The position numbers and the translations under genes were made by a program. DNA of 64,000 nucleotides from a virus: IMG/VR virus record IMGVR_UViG_3300025117_000002, one strand, 5' to 3'. Each line of letters opens with the position of its first letter. Within the stretch, counting starts at the first letter, position 1. The notes under the pieces are model-generated. The model made no database searches. It worked only from the letters and a program-made list of their open reading frames with translations, and was not told where the DNA came from. Positions 16,526 to 24,936 of the stretch are shown in pieces.

Positions 16526-17467
16526 TTACTTAGCTTTCGGCATCTCCAAGCTTATGATTCCAGCATTGCTGGTCACAACCTTAATCCCCCGGCTTGCAGA
16601 GTATTTTTTAACCCCTGTTGCATCTGGTGTGCTCTGAAGATGTGACAGAAAGACCTTAAAGGTACCGTAGTTATTCAGCTCATGGCACTTGAATTCTTTG
16701 GATGTGAGCTTGATAATCTGATCCACGGTATGCGTTCCTTCTTTCAACAGCTCAAAGTACCTTGCAGTCTTGCTACCGGCACGAAATCCAAATTCATCGG
16801 TAGTGGTTTTACGTGTCGATTTTTTCGGTGTTTCTGCTGCTGTATTCGCTTTCTGAGCCGGTTTCGCTTTCTTGCCCTTATCTTTCCCTTTACCCTTCTC
16901 CTTCGGAGCTTCCTGAACCTTTTTTGAAGCTTCTTTTTTAGGCACAGGTTTTTTCCCCTCTGCTTTTTTAGACTCCTCTTTCTTCACTATTTTACCCGCC
17001 TCTTTTTTGGCCGGTTTAGCTGGAGCTTTTTTAGCAGGTTTTGCAGGAGCTTTGGCTGATTTGCCTTTGCCTTTGGCCGGAACTTTGGCCGACACTTCTG
17101 GCTCAGGATCTTCCCGCTCGGTAACAACTTCAGGTTCTACCCCTGTCTCAGGTGCCAATTCTTCCCGCTCGGTAATAACCACAGGATCACCTTCCACTGG
17201 CTCATTCTTCATGATCCCTTCCAGGTAAGCATCACCTACAGGCTCTTCTGGCTTAGGCTCATCTTTTTTCTTGCCATCTTTCTTCGTAGCTTTTTCTTTC
17301 TTAGGAACTACTTTCTTCTCATCCTTCGGTGTAGGTTCACCTTTTGCTTCTTTCCATTCGTTGCAAGCTACAGAATTAGGACAAATAATACATTCTTGTT
17401 CTGCCGGATCAAACATTAGGCCAAAACAATCTTCCTTGTCATCATACATCGCTTTAAAATCAGCCAT
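16526..17467 (-). CDS. Lys/Ala/Pro-rich histone-H1-like protein with an N-terminal Cys cluster and a C-terminal globular (winged-helix-like) domain
   Basis: 313 aa. N-terminus CFGLMFDPAEQECIICPNSVAC. Centre KVPAKGKGKSAKAPAKPAKKAPAKPAKKEAGK... C-terminus FGFRAGSKTARYFELLKEGTHTVDQIIKL. AAGGAG SD. Confidence 0.5.
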   Translation of the reverse strand: MADFKAMYDDKEDCFGLMFDPAEQECIICPNSVACNEWKEAKGEPTPKDEKKVVPKKEKATKKDGKKKDEPKPEEPVGDAYLEGIMKNEPVEGDPVVITEREELAPETGVEPEVVTEREDPEPEVSAKVPAKGKGKSAKAPAKPAKKAPAKPAKKEAGKIVKKEESKKAEGKKPVPKKEASKKVQEAPKEKGKGKDKGKKAKPAQKANTAAETPKKSTRKTTTDEFGFRAGSKTARYFELLKEGTHTVDQIIKLTSKEFKCHELNNYGTFKVFLSHLQSTPDATGVKKYSASRGIKVVTSNAGIISLEMPKAK

Positions 17468-17523
17468 TGTACTTCTCCTTTTCTAATATTGTACTTCACC
17501 TTTTTAAATCACATTCCCTATTT

Positions 17524-17556
17524 ATTATAACTCCTATTTTTCAGAAGTCTTGTCAA
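17524..17556 (-). promoter_or_regulatory. Possible sigma70-type promoter for the H1-like gene (non-optimal spacing)
   Basis: The minus strand reads TTGACA (17556-17551), a 21-nt spacer, then TATAAT (17529-17524). Both hexamers are perfect but the spacer is 3-4 nt too long. Confidence 0.25.
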
Positions 17557-17565
17557 ACTTTTTTA

Positions 17566-18255
17566 TTATGCTGGAATACGATACCCCATTGTCCTCATGG
17601 ACTGACCACTGAAGTACTCGTTAACTACATCCTGTACTATGGCTTGCAGTCTCTTCTGCTTCTTGTGGAATTTATTATAAGTCCACCCTAAAAATTTAGC
17701 GATATGGCTATCTGTAGGAGCTACAGTACTTATCCCCCGCACATCAAAACCTTGCCGATGCAAATGCATCTTTCGAGTATAAGACTCCATCGCAATGTCT
17801 TCAACCTCTTTAGGCGTATCTATTAGAACATCAAATAAAACAACCAACTCAGGATCATGGCTTATCAATGACCGTATCTCTCTAATATACTCAGCCATCA
17901 TAGCCTCCTCAAAACCCTCCCCCCCAATAAGATCAAAAATATCAGTCATATCTACCACATGGTAAGCTTCAGCTACTACAGTCTCAGCTTTAGGCCCATC
18001 TTTACGCCTCTGTCTGTTATGATCCCTGTACAACTTACGAAAATGAAACTCTAATTTGCTGTGAAACATCTTGATGAACTCTTCAGGATCATCTTTTCCT
18101 TTTTTTCCAAACTCATCCAGTAACAGGGAAAAAGCTAGCCAGCCTTCACCTACAAGGTCTTGAAAATTCAGAGCATAATGGTCATCATCCCCTCGACGTG
18201 AGGCTTTTAATTTTATCAACTTACCCGCTGAATTATAAACCTCATCCCAGGTCAT
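17566..18255 (-). CDS. Sigma-factor-like transcription regulator
   Basis: DLVGEGWLAFSLLLDEF resembles sigma70 region 2.2 (DL.QEG..GL). It is followed by an aromatic/basic stretch FHFRKLYRDHNRQRR and a C-terminal HTH-like IAKFLGWTYNKFHKKQKRL. Confidence 0.4.
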   Translation of the reverse strand: MTWDEVYNSAGKLIKLKASRRGDDDHYALNFQDLVGEGWLAFSLLLDEFGKKGKDDPEEFIKMFHSKLEFHFRKLYRDHNRQRRKDGPKAETVVAEAYHVVDMTDIFDLIGGEGFEEAMMAEYIREIRSLISHDPELVVLFDVLIDTPKEVEDIAMESYTRKMHLHRQGFDVRGISTVAPTDSHIAKFLGWTYNKFHKKQKRLQAIVQDVVNEYFSGQSMRTMGYRIPA

Positions 18256-18476
18256 TGTATAAGCCCCCTTTTGTTAAAATCGTCTAAAGCCTTTTCCAAC
18301 TCACTCTCTTGAAAATAATGCCCCCAAAAGAAACCCTGATCCTGCATATTATACCCCCAGGTTACAAACTTGTTATGCCATCTGGCTAAAACCATAGTCA
18401 GATGAGAATCACCAGGATGATTACTATAAGGTTTCTCTAGCAGAATGTACTTATCGCCTCTTTCTTGTTTGTTCAC
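18252..18476 (-). CDS. Hypothetical protein (74 aa)
   Basis: GTG start with an AGGGGG SD. ATGA overlap with the sigma-like gene. Confidence 0.4.
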   Translation of the reverse strand: MNKQERGDKYILLEKPYSNHPGDSHLTMVLARWHNKFVTWGYNMQDQGFFWGHYFQESELEKALDDFNKRGLIQ

Positions 18477-18487
18477 AATAGCCCCCT

Positions 18488-18518
18488 AAAAGGGGAGCTT
18501 GCTCTAGTCAAGCCCCCC
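18488..18518 (-). terminator. GC-rich rho-independent terminator after the DUF932 gene
   Basis: The minus strand reads GGGGGCTTG-ACTAGAG-CAAGC(T)CCCC followed by TTTT. It starts about 10 nt after the DUF932 stop. Confidence 0.6.
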
Positions 18519-18527
18519 TGCTCGGCA

Positions 18528-19388
18528 TCAGTTCCCTGTTTTGATTTTCTTCATCTCTTCAGCCAAAGTCCAGAGAGCTTTGTTCAGCCGCACGTCTTCG
18601 GTAATGGAATTGACCTGACGAGTGCTCTGCCGACGAACCCTGTGAGTTTCTTCATTGAGCTTGTTATAATGCAAGCCGCCTTTGACCAAGTTTTCCTGAA
18701 TGATATTATAAGTACCCCAAAGCGTGTTCTGCTGCTCATAATCGGCTCTGCGTCGAACCTGGAGCACCTGTCCCGGCTTTACAGGAATTTCATCAAGCTG
18801 TTGCTTCCACTCTTCCAAACCCTCAGCCGGATGTTTAACGAATTTGACCATACGAGAGGCATCAGCCATCACAAGCCGTTCTTCTTCGGTCAAGTCGATA
18901 TTACGCATCTCCTGAACACTGTTGGCAAGCAGAGGAACATCCTGAATGATTGAAAAGGCACCTTCCAGTACTTCCTGTACCACGTTTTTGCTATGCATTA
19001 CGGATACCGGAGGTACGAGGTTATCGCCAACAACCAAGCCATTCTCACATACGAAACTGAACAGACCGGCCATCATTTTGTACCGGGACAAACCATCATG
19101 AGAGTTTACTATTATAATTTCAGGAGCTACAAGGTTGGAACCTGCCTGGATCATTGACAGGTTAGGGTGACGGAAACGGAGCATGTGCTTCGTGTAATCC
19201 CTGCGTCCCTCGTCCCTGGTTCTCGTCTGAGAAGCCTTGAATGGCTGAAACCCTTCGGCCAGAAGAGCGTCAAGCACTTGCACTGTAGGTATGAAGCCAT
19301 AGCGGTCACTGCGGCTTTCGTGAGGCTCAAGAGCGAAAACTGAAGGAGCTACCCTGCGGATTTCTTCCATGCTCAGTATGCGTTCCAT
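18528..19388 (-). CDS. DUF932-family protein (phage/plasmid/ICE-associated, function unknown)
   Basis: MERILSMEEIRRVAPSVFALEPHESRSDRYGFIPTVQVLDALLAEGFQPFKASQTRTRDEGRRDYTKHMLRFRHP matches my memory of the DUF932 N-terminus. It is visibly richer in G+C than its neighbours. Confidence 0.7.
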   Translation of the reverse strand: MERILSMEEIRRVAPSVFALEPHESRSDRYGFIPTVQVLDALLAEGFQPFKASQTRTRDEGRRDYTKHMLRFRHPNLSMIQAGSNLVAPEIIIVNSHDGLSRYKMMAGLFSFVCENGLVVGDNLVPPVSVMHSKNVVQEVLEGAFSIIQDVPLLANSVQEMRNIDLTEEERLVMADASRMVKFVKHPAEGLEEWKQQLDEIPVKPGQVLQVRRRADYEQQNTLWGTYNIIQENLVKGGLHYNKLNEETHRVRRQSTRQVNSITEDVRLNKALWTLAEEMKKIKTGN

Positions 19389-19433
19389 GACTTCTCCTTT
19401 CGGTTAGGTGCGTTGTGTTCCGTTGATATTTAT

Positions 19434-19461
19434 ATTATACACAACCCTCAAACCATTGCAA
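19434..19461 (-). promoter_or_regulatory. Sigma70-type promoter P2 (TTGCAA-16-TATAAT) directly upstream of the DUF932 gene
   Basis: The minus strand reads GCTTGCAAT GGTTTGAGGGTTGTG TATAATA. The -35 is at 19461-19456 and the -10 at 19439-19434. Confidence 0.55.
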
Positions 19462-19494
19462 GCATATTTCTATTATATTTTTCGGTGGGAGCAT

Positions 19495-19603
19495 AAGAGT
19501 ATCGAACTCTTATTTTTCGGTAACTTAATGGCACTCCGATGTTTAGGGTAGTAGCCTTACCTCTGTCTCTCCTGTGCCTTAATTAAGTTATGCTACCCGA
19601 AAA
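19495..19603 (-). ncRNA. Candidate structured RNA / long imperfect inverted repeat plus a T-arm-like hairpin
   Basis: 19514-19534 (TTTTCGGTAACTTAATGGCAC) pairs with 19574-19603 (GTGCC-TTA-ATTAAGTTA-TGCTAC-CCGAAAA). That is 21 bp with two bulges and a 39-nt loop. An adjacent hairpin AAGAG-TATCGAA-CTCTT (19495-19511) reads on the minus strand as AAGAG-TTCGATA-CTCTT. Confidence 0.35.
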
Positions 19604-19647
19604 GTCTTAACCTGTTAAACGAATGCTCCTCAATTGATCTTTATTCT

Positions 19648-19675
19648 ATTATAAAACCTTTGATGGATATTGCAA
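19648..19675 (-). promoter_or_regulatory. Sigma70-type promoter P1 (TTGCAA-16-TATAAT)
   Basis: The minus strand reads GCTTGCAAT ATCCATCAAAGGTTT TATAATA. It has the same 9-nt -35 context and the same spacing as P2, and starts 7 nt after the helicase stop. Confidence 0.55.
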
Positions 19676-19681
19676 GCCAAA

Positions 19682-21094
19682 TTATGCTAATTTTACCTCG
19701 AAACCTTCATTTTTCATCAGACCTATTCTAATACGAGAGTGCTCAAGTAAATACCAGTTACCAACATCCATAAAGTCATATACGACTAGCCTCATAGACT
19801 CACTAGCTCTTAGCCCCCTACCGATCCGCTGGAGCAGCCTAATACCAGACCTACCTCCTGCTGCCAAAATCAAAACTCCTATGTTAGCTATATCCACACC
19901 CTCGTCAAGAATAGTAGAGGCTATCAAAGTCTTTAAATTTCCCTGTCTGAACGCTTCAAGCCTGTCCCGGCGCTGCCTACTATCCAGAGAACCATGTACA
20001 TAATCAGCTCCTGGTATCAATTGCCGTAAATTGTGAATGTGCTGAATTTCTTTAGTAATAATTAAAACGGATTCACCTAGGCTTGCATGTCTGCTTGCTA
20101 TCTCTCTAATAGCTTCGTTACGCTCTTTACTGTTTACGATACCTCTTGAATAAGCAATATCATACTTAGATGAAAGTATATTAGGAGTATCAACTCTGAT
20201 AATACGACAGGTGGGTACAGAAGAAACCCCTCGCTGAATTAACTCATCATTGGATATGGTAAACAGCACATCCCCAAAGTATCCTATAAGCTGCATGTTT
20301 GTAACTTCATCATTCATCAGAGGAGTACCTGAAAACGCCCCTCTATATATAGCATTACTCTTTTTCAGTATAGTTTTAGCTCTATCATCAGACACATTAT
20401 GACATTCATCGAAACAAAGAACAGGAGCATTAAGCAAAGACTTGAACTCATCCTTAACCCTCCAAGTCTTCTTCTTTTTGATCCTACCTTTTGTATCTTT
20501 ACTTACAGCTGGCTCTACAACTGACTGATACATCACCACAGTAATAGACTCAGGTTTAACAATACCATCTCCTACTACTCCTACTGGTACCTGAAGTCTA
20601 TTGCTTAATCTCTCAGCTGTTTGATGCATAAGAACTTGTCTATGCAACATAATGATTGCATCCATGTTAAGCTTACGCAAAAAATCAGCCATTGCTTCAG
20701 TTTTTCCTGCGTTCGTAGCAGCCGCTATAATACCTCGTCTATACTTCAAAAGAGCAGCTACAGCATCAACTTGATAATCCCTTGGTATGACCCCATGCAA
20801 TGATTCACATATAGGCTCACCTAAGACAGGAATAGCATACATATACTCTACTACAGGCATCTTACCAGTAAACTCTATTATCTTATCGATAACCCTGGTC
20901 AATAGGCCAGAAGGAAACTTACCTGTAAGACGACTGAACATATGAGACTTGCCATCCCAAAAATGACGTTTGTATGAATCTACAAACTCACGACCTATCA
21001 CATCATAAGCAAAAGCTTCATCTAATGCTAACAGTAAGTCTGGAACATCAGTAGTAACTTTTGAGTTAGCTATATCTACTAAAATTCGTACCAT
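19682..21094 (-). CDS. Superfamily-2 DEAD/DEAH-box DNA helicase
   Basis: Motif I AATNAGKTEA, motif II FDECHNV, motif VI LQRIGRGLR, preceded by RDYQVDAV (Q-motif region). Confidence 0.8.
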   Translation of the reverse strand: MVRILVDIANSKVTTDVPDLLLALDEAFAYDVIGREFVDSYKRHFWDGKSHMFSRLTGKFPSGLLTRVIDKIIEFTGKMPVVEYMYAIPVLGEPICESLHGVIPRDYQVDAVAALLKYRRGIIAAATNAGKTEAMADFLRKLNMDAIIMLHRQVLMHQTAERLSNRLQVPVGVVGDGIVKPESITVVMYQSVVEPAVSKDTKGRIKKKKTWRVKDEFKSLLNAPVLCFDECHNVSDDRAKTILKKSNAIYRGAFSGTPLMNDEVTNMQLIGYFGDVLFTISNDELIQRGVSSVPTCRIIRVDTPNILSSKYDIAYSRGIVNSKERNEAIREIASRHASLGESVLIITKEIQHIHNLRQLIPGADYVHGSLDSRQRRDRLEAFRQGNLKTLIASTILDEGVDIANIGVLILAAGGRSGIRLLQRIGRGLRASESMRLVVYDFMDVGNWYLLEHSRIRIGLMKNEGFEVKLA

Positions 21095-21103
21095 CTATTC
21101 CTC

Positions 21104-22090
21104 TTACTGTAGCCTTATGGCATCGGTGATTATACTCGACATTGTGTTATACGTCTTTGCTCTCTTTATAATTTCTTGCATGTCCTTAAAAGAGTGATCG
21201 TTTGGATCGCCATGAGATAACAAGACTGCTCCCACTAATGCTCTTGGATTCCTATACAGAATCTCTTTGGCCAACTTGAATGTCTTGTCTTCCACCCCAT
21301 TATCCAATACAACAATAAACTCCTGCCAATTTTCTATCAACTTGTCTAACTGAGATTCTGACGCTTTATTTCCATTAATAGCTACACCGTTTAAGCCACA
21401 AGTCATTGCTGAGGCCCATCCCTCGGCTATAACTACCCGTTTAAACATACTTGCCCTGTCAAAGTTGAACAGGTACTCTGATTTTCCGTATCTGAAAGCC
21501 CCATCAGGAGGATTGAGAATTTTTAGGTCTGAGTGTATTAGATAACTCCTAGCTTGAAAGTACACTAGCTCCTTATGCTCGTAAAATGGAATAATCGCTC
21601 TACCGGCGTAGTCTCCTGAATTAGCATAACGGATATCGTACAAAGCTATTAACGAGTCGCTGAATTGTCTATTATTTAAATACCTTCTCGCTTTCTTTGC
21701 AAAAAAATCATCTGAGTCCAACGGGCTTGGGAATTGTGTTATATCAAAAGGCTCACCTTTATACGATGTTTCAATGCTTTCAACGGGTTTATCAAAGCTT
21801 AAATTAGCCAATTTATTTAATATGGCTTCTGTTGTGGCAACTGTACCCTTATAGCTTTCGTAACTGTGTAATAGATGATAGTAAGCTGCTAACTGTTGAA
21901 TAGTAGCAACGCACCCTCTTCGATGACAATAACACCAACCCCGTACTCCCTCCCTAACCACACTCTCGTTCACATACATGTGCATACCAGTGTCATTGCA
22001 CTTAAAGCAATTAATAGCAAACTCAGTATGCTTAGGAAGTGGTCTGGTTTTTACACCAATCTCATTCAATGCAAGTTTCAAAGAACTCAC
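21104..22090 (-). CDS. DNA primase (zinc-binding domain plus TOPRIM)
   Basis: CFKCNDTGMHMYVN...CYCHRRGC zinc-ribbon region. VVIAEGWASAMT (TOPRIM Glu) and IVVLDNGVEDK. It overlaps the helicase gene upstream. Confidence 0.65.
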   Translation of the reverse strand: MSSLKLALNEIGVKTRPLPKHTEFAINCFKCNDTGMHMYVNESVVREGVRGWCYCHRRGCVATIQQLAAYYHLLHSYESYKGTVATTEAILNKLANLSFDKPVESIETSYKGEPFDITQFPSPLDSDDFFAKKARRYLNNRQFSDSLIALYDIRYANSGDYAGRAIIPFYEHKELVYFQARSYLIHSDLKILNPPDGAFRYGKSEYLFNFDRASMFKRVVIAEGWASAMTCGLNGVAINGNKASESQLDKLIENWQEFIVVLDNGVEDKTFKLAKEILYRNPRALVGAVLLSHGDPNDHSFKDMQEIIKRAKTYNTMSSIITDAIRLQ

Positions 22091-23406
22091 TTCTTCTTAC
22101 CATCCTTTTTCTCATCTTTATCGAAATCAGCCCCAGTAACTTCTTCCAGAAACTTGACTCGCATAATATCATAGATGGTGCTATACAGAAGTGTTTGATA
22201 CTTCTTATCGTCCCTGTTCTTTGCCAGGAAGAGCCTTGTAAGGTCTTCCTCAGCCTCTGACTTTGTTTGACAAAGAGCAGCGATAACATCTGCTATTTTG
22301 GCCTGGGCATAAGCTTCCCCAAGGTCTTCAATTGATACGTGCTTCTTGTTAACTGCACTCTGCTTTGTTTGAGCTGCTGTCCAGATAGGAATCCCCAGCT
22401 CATCCCCTAACCCTCGTAAATCCTCAACAATCTCCTCAATCTGTATGTGTTTATCTTGTCTGGAGGACGGTTTCATAATAGAAGCATAATCAACCAGAAG
22501 CAACTCAGGTACAAAGTTTTCGAGCTTCAAAAAAGCAAGATAAGCTCTCAACTCTGCTACAGAAAGTCCCTTTGTTGGGAATTTTTCTATTACTAGATCA
22601 CAATGGTAAGCATTCTGTAAGGTAACAAGAGATTTTGCAAGCTCCTCTGAGCCTGTTTGCAGAATCGCTTTTGTTTTTCCGGTAAGATTTCGGTCATATC
22701 TAAGAGCCACCTTCTTCTTAGACATTTCCAGTGTGATATGCAGAACTTTCTTCCGCAAACGTAAGGCATTTGCACCAAAGAGCGTGAGCCAGATAGATTT
22801 GCCCACGTTGGTTGGAGCAAGAATGACACCAAGTTCCCCCGGTCCCAAGCCTCCACCGATCTTGTTATCAAAGTCAGGAAAGCCTGTTGGAATCCGTATA
22901 TCCGTATCTGGTGCATACCTTTCTCGGACATTCTTCTCATCAAAATACCTGTAAACCTCCCGCTTGAATTCGGTAACGCTAAATGCTTTCTGCAAAATTG
23001 CCTGCATTTTGTCGTATTTTCGATCTTGCCATAAATCGGCACATTCCGCAAGAGCGTTTCTTACTTCATGTGCTTTTACGAACTCACGCACCTGTTTTGC
23101 TATGAAATCCTTCTCTGGCAAAGAATCAGCAAACACATCTTCAATCATATCGAAGTATTTGACTGGATTCTTTCTCTTAACAGTCTTCAAATAGTCCTTT
23201 GTTAGCTGAGCAAGAGCCAAGGGTGTTGGAGCATCGTTAAACTCCCTGAAGTATTCCTCTGTCAGTCGCACTAAGTCTACTAGCACTTCTGAATCAAAAT
23301 ATGCAGGTTTAACAAGCTCTACTGACTGTGCCAAGAACAATCTGTCCTGTACCATAACAGACAGAATCTTCTGCTGCATGTCTATGTCAAAAGTTTCTAC
23401 ATCCAT
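22087..23406 (-). CDS. dnaB: DnaB-like replicative helicase
   Basis: Walker A GELGVILAPTNVGKSIWL and Walker B LLLVDYASIM, with an N-terminal helical domain and RecA-like C-terminal motifs (IWTAAQ). Confidence 0.85.
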   Translation of the reverse strand: MDVETFDIDMQQKILSVMVQDRLFLAQSVELVKPAYFDSEVLVDLVRLTEEYFREFNDAPTPLALAQLTKDYLKTVKRKNPVKYFDMIEDVFADSLPEKDFIAKQVREFVKAHEVRNALAECADLWQDRKYDKMQAILQKAFSVTEFKREVYRYFDEKNVRERYAPDTDIRIPTGFPDFDNKIGGGLGPGELGVILAPTNVGKSIWLTLFGANALRLRKKVLHITLEMSKKKVALRYDRNLTGKTKAILQTGSEELAKSLVTLQNAYHCDLVIEKFPTKGLSVAELRAYLAFLKLENFVPELLLVDYASIMKPSSRQDKHIQIEEIVEDLRGLGDELGIPIWTAAQTKQSAVNKKHVSIEDLGEAYAQAKIADVIAALCQTKSEAEEDLTRLFLAKNRDDKKYQTLLYSTIYDIMRVKFLEEVTGADFDKDEKKDGKKK

Positions 23407-23410
23407 AATG

Positions 23411-24148
23411 TCACAGCCCTTTCACTTCTTTAGCTACTGACAGCACTGTTTGATAGAAATCCTTATCTTTTCTCATTCTTATCAAAGGAGCTATCATATC
23501 CTCACTGAAAGCTGTGTTAGTACTGTTTATATAATTCAGAAATGTTGTATTGGTAAGCAGATAGATTGGTGACAGCATATTTTCTAACATAATCAGGAGT
23601 TGTAGTTCTGTTAGATCAGGATTAGCTTTTCGGAAGGATTCTACAGTTTCTACAGAACTTTTGAGCTGTTGAGCTATCTTGCTGCTTTCTGACTTCATGG
23701 CAGATGCAAGCATTCCAGTTTCGAGCTTCTCTTGGATGTATCTATTATAATTCTCTTCAGCCCACATGCCAGCTAGCATGTTTGGGTAAGGGTAAGTTTT
23801 TCCTCCAAAATTTCTACCTCTGAATGCCTTGAATTGAACTTCGATGTACAACTCTTCAGGATAACAGAAAGCTGACAGTAGAGCATACAAACGCTGGAAA
23901 GATTTCCAATTCTTGCTTTTTCTAGCTACGACAGGTTTAGGTGACAGAGCATGCCGGATTACTCCAGTGTATTTCAAAAACATCTTATCGTATATTATAG
24001 ACAACTTGTAGATTTCTTTTTCAGTCCCTATGAAATTTTTTTCAGACAGAGCTAAAAGCTTTTGATTTGCTTTCTCTCTAATATCAAATATTGTTTTTAC
24101 AGGTCTGACAGCTGATATGGTTTCCTTTGATTCAACTTCTAATAGCAT
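23411..24148 (-). CDS. Hypothetical protein (245 aa), first gene of the replication block
   Basis: ORF-track frame with a GAGGTAA SD. No motif recognised. Position suggests an initiator or loader, but that is a guess. Confidence 0.4.
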   Translation of the reverse strand: MLLEVESKETISAVRPVKTIFDIREKANQKLLALSEKNFIGTEKEIYKLSIIYDKMFLKYTGVIRHALSPKPVVARKSKNWKSFQRLYALLSAFCYPEELYIEVQFKAFRGRNFGGKTYPYPNMLAGMWAEENYNRYIQEKLETGMLASAMKSESSKIAQQLKSSVETVESFRKANPDLTELQLLIMLENMLSPIYLLTNTTFLNYINSTNTAFSEDMIAPLIRMRKDKDFYQTVLSVAKEVKGL

Positions 24149-24338
24149 TTGTTATTACCTCAGATTCTCAAGAAGTGGACTAAGAGAAAATTTTAATTTT
24201 CTCCCATTTTTACGAAGTAAAAATGATTGAGTACAAAGAGTATTTTAGTATAGTTATATACTATATTTTTGAGCGGATTCATAAACTGATGAATTCCTTA
24301 AGTAATAAATAACTAATATAAACATTTTTGTCGTCATG

Positions 24339-24638
24339 TTATATATTAGACTTTAGTGCGTTTAGAGCATCGGAAAGTACTATGTAATATGTTCTAATAG
24401 GAAAACCAATTCGCATGGTTCTGAGTACCTTCTTCTCTTTTAATATAATCTTTGCACGTTGTAGTTGATTGTATGAAATGTTGAGTTCATCGGTGAGATT
24501 TTTATCGGTGAATCGTGCAGGATTGCTTTTGCTTGCTCCCTCATTCAACAACTTCTGTAACAAAATTAAAGCTGAGATGTTGGATGTTACAGGGAGAATG
24601 CTTACGTCAATATGGCTAATAGATGGTTGCTTCTGCAA
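24339..24638 (-). CDS. Small winged-helix/HTH-like protein (99 aa)
   Basis: LTDELNISYNQLQRAKIILKEKKVLRTMRIGFPIRTYYIVL looks like an HTH plus a beta-wing. TTG start with an AAGGAG SD. Flanked by AT-rich spacers. Confidence 0.35.
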   Translation of the reverse strand: MQKQPSISHIDVSILPVTSNISALILLQKLLNEGASKSNPARFTDKNLTDELNISYNQLQRAKIILKEKKVLRTMRIGFPIRTYYIVLSDALNALKSNI

Positions 24639-24756
24639 TTTTTGACTCCTTCATAGTTATTTGGTGCAGACACGAAAGCCCTACAAGGTTTCTTCCCGGT
24701 AGGACTTCACATGTTATATCCTCTACAAAGGATTTACAACCTATTTTTGGATAATT

Positions 24757-24936
24757 TTACAGTTTAGGTTGCATCGGCTGGAGTTTATCCAGCAGATCGT
24801 TGATTTTCTTGATCTTTTCTTCTGGCGATTCATCGGACTTTTCCATCGTATTCATCAAGTTATTAGCAAGTTGAATAGCTGGAGGAGTTAAAACTGTGGC
24901 CAGCTGAAGGATTGCAAGTACAAGTTGAGGGTTCAT
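24757..24936 (-). CDS. Small lysis-cassette ORF (59 aa; below the ORF-track cutoff)
   Basis: Hand translation: MNPQLVLAILQLATVLTPPAIQLANNLMNTMEKSDESPEEKIKKINDLLDKLQPMQPKL. GGGAGGT SD 5-6 nt upstream. TAATG stop-start overlap with the lipoprotein gene. Hydrophobic N-terminus. Confidence 0.45.
   Translation of the reverse strand: MNPQLVLAILQLATVLTPPAIQLANNLMNTMEKSDESPEEKIKKINDLLDKLQPMQPKL

Noticed and set aside
16900-17110. DNA-level short tandem repetition (GCAGGTTTTGCAGGAGCTTTGGC-like units) that might suggest a non-coding repeat array.
   Set aside because: It is the coding image of the PAKPAKKAPAKPAKK low-complexity tract of the H1-like protein. There is no spacer/repeat structure, so it is not CRISPR-like.
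19487-19598. Possible minus-strand tRNA: T-arm-like AAGAG-TTCGATA-CTCTT followed by ATGCTCCCACC, with GGGTAGCAT about 110 nt upstream as a potential 5' acceptor strand.
   Set aside because: The span is about 112 nt. I cannot draw D or anticodon arms, and the acceptor pairing needs a bulge. It is kept only as a tRNA-like or structured RNA candidate, not as a tRNA.
22593-23051. 152-aa minus-strand ORF nested out of frame inside the DnaB-like gene, and similar nested ORFs at 11036..11401, 15011..15208, 22062..22289, 44763..44954, 51349..51546, 56186..56398 and 63781..63972.
   Set aside because: These are alternative frames of genes with clear motifs. There is no SD, and the compositions are Arg/Cys/Leu-rich and implausible.
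24149-24338. AT-rich 190-nt spacer with small palindromes (GAGAAAATT/AATTTTCTC, TATAGT/ACTATA, TTCAT/ATGAA) upstream of the replication block, considered as an origin or promoter.
   Set aside because: I could not find iterons, DnaA-box-like repeats or a well-spaced -35/-10 pair. The hairpins are short and AT-rich and could arise by chance in this composition.
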